Source: a virus (Duplodnaviria; Caudoviricetes). From it: a stretch of DNA of 64,000 bases. Positions 43,625 to 54,151 of this stretch are shown in pieces. The notes below the pieces were generated by a model. It was given only the letters and a program-made list of their open reading frames with translations. It ran no database searches and was not told the origin of the DNA. A program made the translations under genes and the position numbers. Position 1 is the stretch's first letter. Each line of letters opens with the position of its first letter. The stretch is from positions 1,362 through 65,361 of IMG/VR virus record IMGVR_UViG_3300031965_000023; one strand, written 5' to 3'.

Positions 43625-45971
43625 AGTTTCTCAAATAGTACCATCAAAAGAAGCACCGCGCTGGTTATATGAGATTCTACGAAAACTAGAAACTCTGACT
43701 GACCAGACACAGGCGAGCTTTGGAGCAATTTCACGGGGGGAAATACCAGATGGAACTGGTACTCCTATCGTGAGGGATGATATCTATCTCAAACTTCGCG
43801 GTCGTCCAGATGGGCAGACAGCCCATGGTGCGATAGAAAGTGCGGGAAAGTTAACTTTAGTCTCCACAACACATGATGTAAAAGGAAAAATCTACTTCGG
43901 TACCGCTGAGACCAGCACCTTCGACGAAGCGTTGGTTCGTCTAGGCGTCGGGACTGCATCGCCGCAGTCTACGCTCCAGGTGGTCGGTGGGCAGGGCGTG
44001 GGGACCATCCTACCATCTTCCGACGGTCCTGCAGAGTCCTTCACTTGGGGCAAGTATGATCTCGGTGGCGGGCCGACGCCAGGGACGTTCACCGAGTGCG
44101 TGCTGTCGAACGACCAAAAGGTAGCAGCGCGGCACGAGGCTGGTTCGGGCGGTGCCTACGGGTTCAAAGTTGTGCTCGACAGCCCGATTAGCAGGGCCGG
44201 GACCTATACGCTCTGGTATTCGGTGTCGCGACTCTACGGAGCACTGCCGGCAAACACGACGATCATCATCGACCTTTTTGCCTCAGACGGGTACAGTTTC
44301 CCGAGCCCGCTAATAATCGACGCGACGGCGCTCGCCCAGGATGTCTACACCCGTGGGTCTGTTACTTTCTCGGGCGCGCAGGCTAGCAGCGGGACGGCAA
44401 ACTCGATCAGAGTTAGCACTTCGATCCCACTGTTCTCAAACAACCACTACGTCGCCGTGAACTTCCTGGCCGTGACCGAAGGTGCCGCTGCCCTCGGTAG
44501 TGCCCCGGTTGCGCTATTCGACGGTGCGGCTGGCACCGCCACGCTGAGTGAGTGGAGACAATACGGCGAAACGACCAGGTCGTTTGTAGACGCCGCAGGT
44601 AGATTCGGGATCGGTACGTCGGCGAGTCTCAGTCGGATGTTGACCGTAGTTGCAGAGGCCGCTGCCGCGGTGCCGGTGGCGGTGATCGGTGCGGCAGCGC
44701 AGACCGCCAATCTGCAGGACTGGCTGTCCAGTACGCCCACCGTACTCGCGAGCGTCACGAAGGACGGCTATTTCTCTACGCGCCAACTGCTCTTGGTTGG
44801 ATCGACCTCAGGGACGCTGACGGTCAAACCAGCAGCGGCGACGATCAGCCACACGCTGACCTTGCCGAGCGCCCAGGGCCTAGTCGGCACGTTTCTCAAG
44901 AACGATGGCGCGGGCGTTCTATCATGGGCTGCGGCGACCAATACGCTGTTAGATAACGCGAACCACACCGATACCGTGGCTGCGGCAGCAGTCCAGGGCG
45001 CTTTGATCCTCGGAAATGCGATTCCCAAGTGGGATCGTTTGACGATCGGTGCTGCCGGTTCGGTATTAGCGAGCAACGGCACCACGGCAGCATGGACCGC
45101 GACGAGCGGTCTGGCGATCCCGGAGAGCGCGATCACCGATGGCGCGATTTTGGCGCGCAGAGAAGCAGATGAAACGATCAGCGGTATCTACACGTTCAAC
45201 ATGGCCAACGCCGATGGAGATGGTCGAAGCGTAGTATTTGGCATCCCGAACGCGGGAATGCTCACGTTTCAAGCAGAAACATCGACCGGTTATTGGGGAC
45301 AGATTGAATGGGGTACGACGGGTCTCTTCACGTACCTGACAACAGCTACCCCCGCCTTTGGGGTTCTCGTCTTCCCGTCGAACGGCGAACTGATGGCTAC
45401 CGATACGGCACAGACCGTTCAAGCAAAGACATTCCAGAACCAATGCAAGTTCGATTTCCACTCCACGCTTTCGGTATCTGGCTGCATATTCCGCGACAAA
45501 GTAGACCCTACAAAGATTACACGTCTCGATCTGACCGGGATCGCGACCGGGACGACGCGAACACAAAAATTTCAGAACTTGAATCTAACCTTCGTCGGGG
45601 TCGGCAACGATCCGCCTGCGGTGGCGGCGGGCTCGCTCGGCAAGGTCGATCTCACAGCACAAGGGGCTGACATCAGCACAACTAACCTTTCGAATACTCC
45701 ACCTGTTGGTGTGTACGAAATTGAAGTAATTGTTGTTTGTACAGCAGTAGATGCTGGTGCAGGGACATTAACTGTTACAGTTGGATGGACGGATGTAGGT
45801 GGAGCACGGACAGATACATCAGTTACTCGTGACCTTACTGCCACAGGACAAAATTCAGGTAGAGTACTAATGCAAGTTAATAGTGGTAATATCACTTATG
45901 CTACAGCAGCGAGCGGAATATACGGACCAGCTCGATATGCGATTTATATCCGAGTAGTAGCACTTGGATAG
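43617..45971 (+). CDS. tail fibre / receptor-binding protein
   Basis: 784 aa, Ala/Gly/Thr-rich; RLGVGTASPQSTL, AAQTANLQDW and TLTLPSAQG motifs. Confidence 0.7.
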   Translation: MRRVSQIVPSKEAPRWLYEILRKLETLTDQTQASFGAISRGEIPDGTGTPIVRDDIYLKLRGRPDGQTAHGAIESAGKLTLVSTTHDVKGKIYFGTAETSTFDEALVRLGVGTASPQSTLQVVGGQGVGTILPSSDGPAESFTWGKYDLGGGPTPGTFTECVLSNDQKVAARHEAGSGGAYGFKVVLDSPISRAGTYTLWYSVSRLYGALPANTTIIIDLFASDGYSFPSPLIIDATALAQDVYTRGSVTFSGAQASSGTANSIRVSTSIPLFSNNHYVAVNFLAVTEGAAALGSAPVALFDGAAGTATLSEWRQYGETTRSFVDAAGRFGIGTSASLSRMLTVVAEAAAAVPVAVIGAAAQTANLQDWLSSTPTVLASVTKDGYFSTRQLLLVGSTSGTLTVKPAAATISHTLTLPSAQGLVGTFLKNDGAGVLSWAAATNTLLDNANHTDTVAAAAVQGALILGNAIPKWDRLTIGAAGSVLASNGTTAAWTATSGLAIPESAITDGAILARREADETISGIYTFNMANADGDGRSVVFGIPNAGMLTFQAETSTGYWGQIEWGTTGLFTYLTTATPAFGVLVFPSNGELMATDTAQTVQAKTFQNQCKFDFHSTLSVSGCIFRDKVDPTKITRLDLTGIATGTTRTQKFQNLNLTFVGVGNDPPAVAAGSLGKVDLTAQGADISTTNLSNTPPVGVYEIEVIVVCTAVDAGAGTLTVTVGWTDVGGARTDTSVTRDLTATGQNSGRVLMQVNSGNITYATAASGIYGPARYAIYIRVVALG

Positions 45972-45979
45972 GAGATAAA

Positions 45980-46711
45980 ATGGATCCAGTTACACTAACA
46001 CTCATGGCCGCTGTTGCAGGTGGTGGTATTCTTTCTGCTTTTGGTGGAAGAAAAACTATTAGCCCAGAATGGCTCAAAGAGCACTTTGGCGCTTCTGCTG
46101 TGAACCAAGAGATGCTTGACTTATTTAACTCTGTGATCAATTCCCCGCAAGGGCAGCAACTCATGACCCAAGCGGCCGAACAGGGACAACAATTCGAACG
46201 AGACGTGGCCTCTCGGGCGGCTGCGGCAGGCTTTGGCGGGGGCGGGGGCGCTGAATCCGGCGCTAGTATATTCTCGCAGGCTGCTTCTGGTGGAGCGGTA
46301 GGCTCCCTCCAACGAGGGGTGAAATCTAACATTATGACGGCAGCCCTCCCTATCGCACAAGATATTGTATCACAACGAATGAACGCTGTAGTCGGATCGA
46401 AAATGTTGGAACAGCAAACGCCTTCTCCCTGGCAAACATTAGGCAGTGGGATTTCTCAGGCGGCAGGAATGGCTTTAATGGCGGGGGCGGGGGAGACGAC
46501 AAACTTAGAGAAAAAGACGACAACACCAGAAAAACTACTGCCCCCAAGCCGGGGGACGCTCCCAGGTGGGGGTTCGTTAGCAATTAGCGGTCAAGTTCCA
46601 GTACCACAGTTACAGATGGCACCACAACGAGGATATTGGAGCAATCTTGGGAACAGACTCTCTAGGTTCGGAGGGTTGTACCGGCGTCAAACAATTGGAG
46701 CACAACGATAA
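45980..46711 (+). CDS. putative DNA ejection/pilot protein
   Basis: Gly/Ala/Gln-rich with hydrophobic N-terminus; podovirus synteny. Confidence 0.5.
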   Translation: MDPVTLTLMAAVAGGGILSAFGGRKTISPEWLKEHFGASAVNQEMLDLFNSVINSPQGQQLMTQAAEQGQQFERDVASRAAAAGFGGGGGAESGASIFSQAASGGAVGSLQRGVKSNIMTAALPIAQDIVSQRMNAVVGSKMLEQQTPSPWQTLGSGISQAAGMALMAGAGETTNLEKKTTTPEKLLPPSRGTLPGGGSLAISGQVPVPQLQMAPQRGYWSNLGNRLSRFGGLYRRQTIGAQR

Positions 46712-47604
46712 TGGCTACTTTCGGTGAAAAAATGGCGAGTCTACAAGGTACAGTGAGTCAAGATAAACTTACTCCACCAGCAGGACCAGACACAGTTGCA
46801 CACGAAGCTATTACAACTGAGTACGATAAACTTCGTGCTCTTTTAGGTGGGATGAAGGGTATTGATTTCGAAGCAAAATTCGGTCCAATGGTTCAGCAAG
46901 TAAAAGATCGTCCGGCTACTAAATTACCGGGGCGTGGAACTACTTTCTTTGCTGCATTAGGGGCTCCTGAATTCACACAAAGATCTTTAATGCAAAAGAT
47001 GGAACAAGTAGGTAGAGAGAAAGAACAAAAAGACCGAGACCTTCTGAGCCTACAAGAAACAATTACACAAGGTCAAATCGGGGAAGAATTAAACAAAGGA
47101 AATTTCAAAAAAGCACTCGCTCATAGTGAAACTCTCGCTAAGTTACAGTCTACGTTAGATCGAGTAAAACGAGAAACTGCACTGACAGATTATAAAACAA
47201 GAATCCAGGCGCTCTTCGAAGAGAAGAAAGGACTAGAAGGCGTTCGGGCATCGAATGCAAAAGATCTTGTTCAGGAACGAGCAAAAGCGATTGCTAAACA
47301 AATGGGGTTTGATGAGAGATTATCTCTAAAACTTTTCGATCTAGCTGTACAACCAGCTTTAATGCAACTTCGTTCGCTTCTATCAAGAAATCCACTCACT
47401 GGTGAAATGGAAATCTCACCAGAAGAGATAGATGCTGCCATGTCTCAAGTTGGCTTGTCCATTATGAGTGCGGCACAAAAGATTAGAGAAGAAGAAGGTA
47501 AGCGGCAAGGGGAACCAGTAGATGAAGAAGTTGATGCAGATACTCCTGCGGTAGAAGATCCGATCCGAGCAGCCCACCAAAAACTATATGGTGGTAAGAG
47601 GTAA
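46711..47604 (+). CDS. putative internal virion protein
   Basis: Helical, 297 aa. Confidence 0.5.
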   Translation: MATFGEKMASLQGTVSQDKLTPPAGPDTVAHEAITTEYDKLRALLGGMKGIDFEAKFGPMVQQVKDRPATKLPGRGTTFFAALGAPEFTQRSLMQKMEQVGREKEQKDRDLLSLQETITQGQIGEELNKGNFKKALAHSETLAKLQSTLDRVKRETALTDYKTRIQALFEEKKGLEGVRASNAKDLVQERAKAIAKQMGFDERLSLKLFDLAVQPALMQLRSLLSRNPLTGEMEISPEEIDAAMSQVGLSIMSAAQKIREEEGKRQGEPVDEEVDADTPAVEDPIRAAHQKLYGGKR

Positions 47605-47606
47605 CT

Positions 47607-49517
47607 ATGGCAGACCAAAAGAGTCCTATTATTCTAGGATTACGGAAAGAATATCCAGGATATGATGATATCCCAGACGAAGAATTTGTTTCTTCGATCC
47701 GTGAAGCACACTATTCAGACCTCCCCGAGCATGAATTCTTTGAGTCCATGGAGTCCGCTTTTGGTGCTCCTACTCTTCCTTCTAAACCAGGATTAGGACA
47801 AGTACTGAGACAAACAGGGAAGACGATGGTTTCTGAGTTAGAAAAAGACGTTAAAGGATTCAGCCGGGGGATGGGGAAGGGTCTTGCCATCGGAGGACTT
47901 GAAAAAGCCCAACTCCCAGATATAACATATAATGATCTTTTAGCCCGAGGTTATCCGCCAGATATTGCACATAATATTATGCAACAGCGTGTCTCTACTC
48001 AATCTGAAATGTCCAATGAACTAACTGAGCAAGCAGGACAAGCACGAGAAGAAACGGCTCGTGGTGCAGCATTTTTAACGAGCGCAGTCCTCGCTGGTAG
48101 TGTTGAGGCAGGTGTTGCGAAGAGACTTGGAAAGACAGGACTTGGTTGGCTAACTCGACACGCCGCTGCCGGAGGGGTTGGGTTTGGGGCCTATGAGGCA
48201 ATCCGCACTGGCGCTAAAGGTGGATCTGCATCTGACATCCTAGACGCTACATGGAAAGGTGCCGCAATTGGAACTGTTGCTGGACCACCACTAGCTGGAC
48301 TTCTTGGGCGATTTGGGAAGACTATCGCTACCGTTGGGAATATCCCTCGGTATGTACAAGAAGGAATGAGCATCGCAGCGGGGAGACAACGACAAGCATT
48401 AGAAACAGCCGCCGTTCAATTCGCAGAGAAATTTCAATCAGGATGGATTACTACACGATTTCGCGATATGGCAACTGTTTTTGATCCTACAACCGGACTT
48501 CCTACTAAATTAGATCCTAGACAAATCGCGAATTCTATTGTTCAAAGAGTTCTAGGGACGGATGCAGCAGATCTCGCTCCACCTGAAGCAATAGAAACTA
48601 TCGCTACTAAAATTGAACAAGCCTTCCGCTCCAGTGGACTCGACCCTTCCCTCTCCCCTCGGGCGGCTATGCCTGTAACAGATGTACCACTCATGAGCGG
48701 GCTCACACCAACACAACCGTTTGTCCCGCAAGCCGCAAGAACACCAGCCGAAGCAATTACTGGTGCGATTGAGGCAGGACGGCTAAGACAAGCAGTAGGC
48801 CAGCCGCCGATTGAAGCAGGATTGGGGGGACTCGCACCAGAGCCAAATGTGGCGTTCCCAGGACCAATCAGTGAGCAGGTTCCTGTGATTACTCCACCGA
48901 CAGGGAAACCTTCTGTACCTGGGCTAGAAACTCCTGTTCCTTCTCAAGCTGAATTACCATTGGGGATTGAAGGAGCTACAATCCCTCCGGCGACTCCTGA
49001 AATGCAGTTTCCAGTGGGGACTGCTCCCTCAACGGGTTCTGTTGGAGCCGGGTTACGGACACCTTTGGGTGCAACACCGCAGGCGGTCCCTGAGGCGGCG
49101 CTAGAGCCCGCTGGCCGGGCCTTGCCTCCAAGTCCGGGTGCGCCACCCCGAACACCGGGTGAAGATATCTTGAACCGCCAGCTAAACGCCCCGAGTGGGC
49201 CGGAAGAAATATTCCAAGAACGAAAACTGCCGGGCGAGGTTAAGGCCCAAGCACAGGAATTTGTAACTGCTGCGGCAGAGTCTAAGATTCAAGAATTGAA
49301 AAAGAGTATTCTTGCTCGAAGAAATGGTGTAAAGTCCCTCAAGAGTCGGCAAGACTTAGAACAGATAGCAGACTGGGTGTTTCTAAAGGGGGCGAACACG
49401 TTCAAGACTTTTTCAAAAGAAATGAAAGATTTATTTGGATTCGACATTAAAACACATCTAGAGAGATTGTATCGGGTCACGAAAAACAAAGCTATACAAG
49501 CCGGAGGAAAGAAATGA
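47607..49517 (+). CDS. putative internal virion protein
   Basis: 636 aa; LRKEYPGYDDIPDEE N-terminus; Pro-rich linker. Confidence 0.55.
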   Translation: MADQKSPIILGLRKEYPGYDDIPDEEFVSSIREAHYSDLPEHEFFESMESAFGAPTLPSKPGLGQVLRQTGKTMVSELEKDVKGFSRGMGKGLAIGGLEKAQLPDITYNDLLARGYPPDIAHNIMQQRVSTQSEMSNELTEQAGQAREETARGAAFLTSAVLAGSVEAGVAKRLGKTGLGWLTRHAAAGGVGFGAYEAIRTGAKGGSASDILDATWKGAAIGTVAGPPLAGLLGRFGKTIATVGNIPRYVQEGMSIAAGRQRQALETAAVQFAEKFQSGWITTRFRDMATVFDPTTGLPTKLDPRQIANSIVQRVLGTDAADLAPPEAIETIATKIEQAFRSSGLDPSLSPRAAMPVTDVPLMSGLTPTQPFVPQAARTPAEAITGAIEAGRLRQAVGQPPIEAGLGGLAPEPNVAFPGPISEQVPVITPPTGKPSVPGLETPVPSQAELPLGIEGATIPPATPEMQFPVGTAPSTGSVGAGLRTPLGATPQAVPEAALEPAGRALPPSPGAPPRTPGEDILNRQLNAPSGPEEIFQERKLPGEVKAQAQEFVTAAAESKIQELKKSILARRNGVKSLKSRQDLEQIADWVFLKGANTFKTFSKEMKDLFGFDIKTHLERLYRVTKNKAIQAGGKK

Positions 49518-52033
49518 GTCTAGGTCCAGTAATCCGAGCAGGAGCAGAACCTATCCTTAAGCGGGTATTTTCTGCCCTCCGCTCTCCTGCCGTCCCAGAA
49601 GCTATCGCACGAGGCACGGCTGAAGCACCAGCAGTACTAGAAAAGGCACTCTCTTCTCCTGAAGCCATTGGGCAACGAGGAAAGGGTATCCCGTTCACGG
49701 GTGTACCTGAATTAGAAACAGCAACCCGTGCGACAGAGGTTGGAGTTAAGACACTTGAAGATAGAATTCAAGATATGAAAACTATCTTTGGGTCGTTCTT
49801 CCGGGCTGATCCTAACCTCCCGAAAGACGTACAACGAACATTTCTTCGTGGTCGGACGAGGGGCGAAGCTGCACGAGTAAGTGCGGAATTAGAATTACAA
49901 AAAGTCTATGAGCCGCTTCAGACAGATGCACCGACACAAGCCGCTAAAATGTATGATTTTCTTGTAACTTCTGACGAAGTTGCTCAAGCATTCAGGGGGG
50001 GGAAACCTAGTATCCACGGCCAACCAACTGAGAAATGGGTGCAGCAACTAGATCTACTTGAACCACAAGTAAAAAATGACCCAGAGATCGCTACCGCGCT
50101 AGAGCGCAGACAAAATCTCTGGGACCGTGTATTCGGAGATATGTTAGCCCGAGGATGGATTGTCCCTGAGCACTATCTTGAGGATTATACGCCTATTCGA
50201 AAACTTCATGCTGTGGCGCAGGGACTTGCTTCTGAGGCGGGAGAAGAGTTACGGAGTAAAGTATTGAATATGATGCAACACCGGACTAATGCTCCTGGTC
50301 TTCGCGAAACAAATCTAGTAATTCTTGAGAAAGAAATTCTCGGTGAGTATATGAAGAAGGTTGCAGAGCATGAAGCTTTCATCGACCTTCTTGCTGATAA
50401 AACTATCAATTTTACAGATCAGTTTAAAATCGGAGATACGGTCCCTCACGGATTGAGCATGTATCGTCCGGGCCCGGGGATGATCGGTTATAGCCGGAAG
50501 ACTTCTGAGGGGTATTTAATTGACGGGCTATTATCTCAAGTTAAACCTGACACGAATGAATTACTCCCTGGCACGTATGTAGTGCCTTCTCCTATCGCAC
50601 TAGCTCTTGAGACATTTTATCCCAAGCGGAGTAAAGGAACGGAACACGCGTTATATCGGGCTGGACAAACTATGGCTCGGTGGCTGACAGTGTATAACCC
50701 ATCAAATACCAATCTTAACTTAATGTCTGACCTCCCAATGGCTATGTTCGTCGGATTGCCTGGAGAGAAAGCACAACCACTTGGAGTCTTTAAATGGTGG
50801 ATGAAGGCTGGACTTCCTATCGCAACTAAAGGTGCTTTTGGCAAGAAAGGTGGGACGCTTGTTGAGATCAATGGACAGATTATTGATGCGTGGGATTTAG
50901 CTCAACGAGAAGGAGTGACTGAAGGAACTATTCACTATGATGTAGGAGCCCGAGGTAAACTTTCTGAAGAATTATCCCGACTCATGCCTCAAGGTGAGCG
51001 ACCAACACCAAATCCAGTACTCGACGTACTCTCACGCTCTCGTCTTGCGATTGAAGCCGCTCCACGAATCGCAGCAGGACTTGAGGCATTCGAGCGAACG
51101 GGAGACATTTCGCAATTTGGGAGAGTAGGACGAGAGATTACATTAACGTATGGTGCGGGAGCACCCAAAGCTGCACGACTCCCCGCTATTCGAATGATTT
51201 CTCCATTCTTACAGTTTATTGGTCTTGCTAGTTCTCGGGTAATGGATAATCTTCGTACACCAGGATCGCGAGCGAGAACAATCGCTGGAATTGTTGGTGT
51301 GCCTGTCCTCACATATTTGTGGAATAGTCAGAATGAAGAGTATAAGCAAGTTGAGAATTCATTAGCAGAGTGGGAACGGTCACAAGCGCATATAATCGTG
51401 CCTGATCCGAAAGACCCACTAAAGGTGAGACGAGATATCAACGGGAAACCTGTAGTATTCCGATTCCGCTACTCTGTTCCCGAAGAAGTAATGAAGGCCG
51501 TCGGGCTAGGAAATATCGCGGCTCGGGTTGGACGGGTGATCACAAAAAGAGACACACCACTTGAGTTCATCCAATCTATCCCAGGGGAAGCTGCGGAAAA
51601 TATTGCTGATCTCCTTACCATGCCCGGTCTTGTCCGAGATGTAGCAACAGGCAAAACTCGAACTGGAAAGGAAATGAAGTGGCCGGAGGTTGCGACAAGG
51701 ATGTTCCCAATTGCTCGACCATTTTTCTCAGCTAAAGAGGCTCTTGAAAGTTATGGGCCGAAAGAGGCTGTAAAAACATTTGCCTCTGAGACGGCCGGTG
51801 TACGATTTGCAACAGTAGGACGGAGAGGAAAGCATGTCAGTGATGCTGACCTAATGGCTGCAAAAGGTGAGTTAGCTCAAACACGAAGTCGTTGGAGGAC
51901 AGCTATGATCAATGGCCCGCCATCCAAGGCGAAAGAAGCTAAAGAAGATTTTTATAAAGCTAAAGAAAAACTTGAACGAATTATAGAAGTGTATAAGGAG
52001 TCACGCAAAGCCTTAAAGGAGGACTCAAAATGA
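49514..52033 (+). CDS. large internal virion protein (possible LPD38-like domain)
   Basis: 839 aa, helical; EYKQVENSLAEWERS...IIVP region. Confidence 0.5.
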   Translation: MSLGPVIRAGAEPILKRVFSALRSPAVPEAIARGTAEAPAVLEKALSSPEAIGQRGKGIPFTGVPELETATRATEVGVKTLEDRIQDMKTIFGSFFRADPNLPKDVQRTFLRGRTRGEAARVSAELELQKVYEPLQTDAPTQAAKMYDFLVTSDEVAQAFRGGKPSIHGQPTEKWVQQLDLLEPQVKNDPEIATALERRQNLWDRVFGDMLARGWIVPEHYLEDYTPIRKLHAVAQGLASEAGEELRSKVLNMMQHRTNAPGLRETNLVILEKEILGEYMKKVAEHEAFIDLLADKTINFTDQFKIGDTVPHGLSMYRPGPGMIGYSRKTSEGYLIDGLLSQVKPDTNELLPGTYVVPSPIALALETFYPKRSKGTEHALYRAGQTMARWLTVYNPSNTNLNLMSDLPMAMFVGLPGEKAQPLGVFKWWMKAGLPIATKGAFGKKGGTLVEINGQIIDAWDLAQREGVTEGTIHYDVGARGKLSEELSRLMPQGERPTPNPVLDVLSRSRLAIEAAPRIAAGLEAFERTGDISQFGRVGREITLTYGAGAPKAARLPAIRMISPFLQFIGLASSRVMDNLRTPGSRARTIAGIVGVPVLTYLWNSQNEEYKQVENSLAEWERSQAHIIVPDPKDPLKVRRDINGKPVVFRFRYSVPEEVMKAVGLGNIAARVGRVITKRDTPLEFIQSIPGEAAENIADLLTMPGLVRDVATGKTRTGKEMKWPEVATRMFPIARPFFSAKEALESYGPKEAVKTFASETAGVRFATVGRRGKHVSDADLMAAKGELAQTRSRWRTAMINGPPSKAKEAKEDFYKAKEKLERIIEVYKESRKALKEDSK

Positions 52034-52251
52034 TAATAACCCCTGATCAAATTCTGACTCTCTTTGGTGCCTTTGCGGTTGCCTTGGCCCCAACAATCGC
52101 TATCCTCGTCTCTAATCATCATAGAGTAAAAGAGAGTAAAGCGACCGCAACAAAACTTGATACAATTCATATCTTAGTGAATAGTCGGCTAACCGAGGCT
52201 CTTGCTGAGATTAAAGAATTAAAATCACGACTCGGTGATCCGGAGGATTAA
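52030..52251 (+). CDS. small membrane protein (holin/antiholin-like)
   Basis: One TM helix plus coiled coil. Confidence 0.5.
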   Translation: MIITPDQILTLFGAFAVALAPTIAILVSNHHRVKESKATATKLDTIHILVNSRLTEALAEIKELKSRLGDPED

Positions 52252-52679
52252 TGGCTTTTGATCCAGTAAGTGCGGTATTCGACATTGGTGGTAAACTCAT
52301 CGACCGACTCTGGCCGAATCCGGTAGAGAGGGATGCAGCTAAACTCAAGTTATTTGAGTTACAACAAACAGGAGAATTAGCCAAATTAGCAGCAGAAACA
52401 GAATTAGCGAAAGGACAATTAGAAATCAACAAAGTTGAAGCAGCGAGTCCACTCACTTTCATTTCTGGTTGGCGGCCTGCTGTTGGATGGGTGTGTGTCG
52501 CTGGCCTTTTTATGCAATACATCTTTTCCCCGTTTTTCTCGTGGGGCTCTCGTCTCGTTGGGCACCCCGTCGATCTACCTGAGTTAGATTTATCCACAAT
52601 GACACCACTACTGTTCGGAATGCTTGGTCTCGGTGCAATGCGGACAGTAGAAAAGGTTAACCAAGTCGCATCTAAATAG
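52251..52679 (+). CDS. holin of 3TM family (GTA holin / DUF3154-like)
   Basis: IGGKLIDRLWP, INKVEAAS...SGWRPAVGWVC, LLFGMLGLGAMRTVEK. Confidence 0.85.
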   Translation: MAFDPVSAVFDIGGKLIDRLWPNPVERDAAKLKLFELQQTGELAKLAAETELAKGQLEINKVEAASPLTFISGWRPAVGWVCVAGLFMQYIFSPFFSWGSRLVGHPVDLPELDLSTMTPLLFGMLGLGAMRTVEKVNQVASK

Positions 52680-52690
52680 GGGGTGATATA

Positions 52691-52900
52691 ATGGGAGCAG
52701 TAATCGTATCGTTTCTAAAGAAAGGACTATACGCGCTTGTTGCAAATGTAGTCGCTTTACTGATGTTTGCTTTAGCTGGCTATCAGCCAGGAGGGGACTC
52801 TTTCAACCTTCAAGTCTATGCACTCGTCGTGACTCTCTTAACTGGCCTAGTCGCGGCACTGAAACGTCTCATGGACAAACTTCAACCACCTACTCCATAG
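52691..52900 (+). CDS. small 2-TM membrane protein
   Basis: Two hydrophobic helices. Confidence 0.5.
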   Translation: MGAVIVSFLKKGLYALVANVVALLMFALAGYQPGGDSFNLQVYALVVTLLTGLVAALKRLMDKLQPPTP

Positions 52901-52917
52901 TAGGTCATACTAAACAG

Positions 52918-52957
52918 AAACCCCCCGCAAGTTCGCGCTTGCGGGGGGTTTTTTATT
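52918..52957. terminator. bidirectional intrinsic terminator at convergent junction
   Basis: AAACCCCCCGCAAG-TTCGCG-CTTGCGGGGGGTTTTTT. Confidence 0.9.
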
Positions 52958-53014
52958 ACCGCCTGATCCACCACAATAGATCAAGCAGCATCGGTACTAG
53001 GGCAATGAGTCTGA

Positions 53015-53494
53015 TCATTTCTTGCCCTCCTTGTCCCCTATGACATTATTGGAGTCGGGGACATTGGCTCCAATAATATGATAGAATGTTTTCTTTCCTA
53101 GTTTCCTTGCTTCTTTCGCTGTCCAACACGCACCGGATTTCACATGAGATGTCGTATGGCAGTGGTAACACATATCGAATTGAACACCTTGGTATCCTGG
53201 TGGATAATCCGGGACAAGGATAACATGGACCTCATCACTCAGAGCAGCGATTCTTAAGTTTCTATCCTTGTATCCACCATGCCAACTTCGTTCTTTCGGA
53301 CAAAAAACAACCAAGTCTCTCCCTGAATTTAGTGCTTCCTCTTCGGCCCAAATATCCACCCCCCCGAGATGGCAGCCTCCACTGACTACTACACAATCGT
53401 CAGCGATTATATCTTTAATGATTTCTCGTGCTTGTTTCTCTTGCTCGGGAGTAAATTTTGTGGCTTCGTGCCCGATAATACCTATATATTTCAT
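53015..53494 (-). CDS. SLOG-superfamily (DprA/YspA-like) protein
   Basis: IGIIGH, VVSGGC..GVD.WAE, RNLRI...SD, SGA..T...A. Confidence 0.65.
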   Translation of the reverse strand: MKYIGIIGHEATKFTPEQEKQAREIIKDIIADDCVVVSGGCHLGGVDIWAEEEALNSGRDLVVFCPKERSWHGGYKDRNLRIAALSDEVHVILVPDYPPGYQGVQFDMCYHCHTTSHVKSGACWTAKEARKLGKKTFYHIIGANVPDSNNVIGDKEGKK

Positions 53495-53505
53495 GCCTTT
53501 CCTTT

Positions 53506-53582
53506 TGGTGCGGGCGGTGGGAGTCGAACCCACAACACATGGATTTTAAGTCCACTCCCTCTGCCAATTGGGGTACGCCCGC
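53506..53582 (-). tRNA. tRNA-Leu(TAA), short variable loop, CCA encoded
   Basis: GTGGA-CTTAAAA-TCCAT; GCGGGCG/CGCCCGC. Confidence 0.9.
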
Positions 53583-54068
53583 TTAAAATCCTACACCAAC
53601 TTTCAATGCGACATGTGTCTCGTCACCAACAAGGACACGACCTTCGACAAAAGGACGAGTTCCTGGGTTACGGAGTCCGATGAATAGAACCGTACTTGTG
53701 CGAGTAAGAATTTGATCACTGAGAGTCCGGCCGATTGTAGTGACAGTCTCTTCCTCTAGATCAAAAACTGGCATCCAGACATGCTGTGTAGGCCCTACAT
53801 CGTGGGCAAACCCGGCCCCGAAATACCATGTGAGTTGACGGGCATAGATTCCTACTTCTTGACGGAATACGTCATCTCCCATCGCTAAAGCGACGTACCC
53901 GCCCGCAGGCCCATTATCCGAGTGAAGGGACACGCCTGCCATTTGCCCTGTCCATTCGGCGTTGCCAATCTCCGCATAAACAGATGCGAGAGAACCAGGA
54001 TGAGCGATCTTGGGGAGAAACAAGAGAGCAGAAAAGACTAGAAAAACAGATTGAATAAATTTATACAT
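53583..54068 (-). CDS. hypothetical secreted/outer-membrane protein
   Basis: Signal-peptide-like N-terminus; beta strands ending in Phe. Confidence 0.5.
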   Translation of the reverse strand: MYKFIQSVFLVFSALLFLPKIAHPGSLASVYAEIGNAEWTGQMAGVSLHSDNGPAGGYVALAMGDDVFRQEVGIYARQLTWYFGAGFAHDVGPTQHVWMPVFDLEEETVTTIGRTLSDQILTRTSTVLFIGLRNPGTRPFVEGRVLVGDETHVALKVGVGF

Positions 54069-54083
54069 GATTCCTCCTGATTG

Positions 54084-54151
54084 TAGCTCCACCGGGAGTC
54101 GAACCCGGCTAGGAAAGGTTATGAGCCTTCCGGATCCCGGATCATGGAGCG
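54084..54151 (-). tRNA. tRNA-Met(CAT)-like with truncated D-arm
   Basis: GAAGG-CTCATAA-CCTTT; canonical T-arm; C1/U72 mismatch; 68 nt. Confidence 0.65.

Noticed and set aside
43892-45895. Multiple antisense ORFs within the tail fibre gene
   Set aside because: Expected from the GC-rich codon bias of the cassette; no RBS or motif support.
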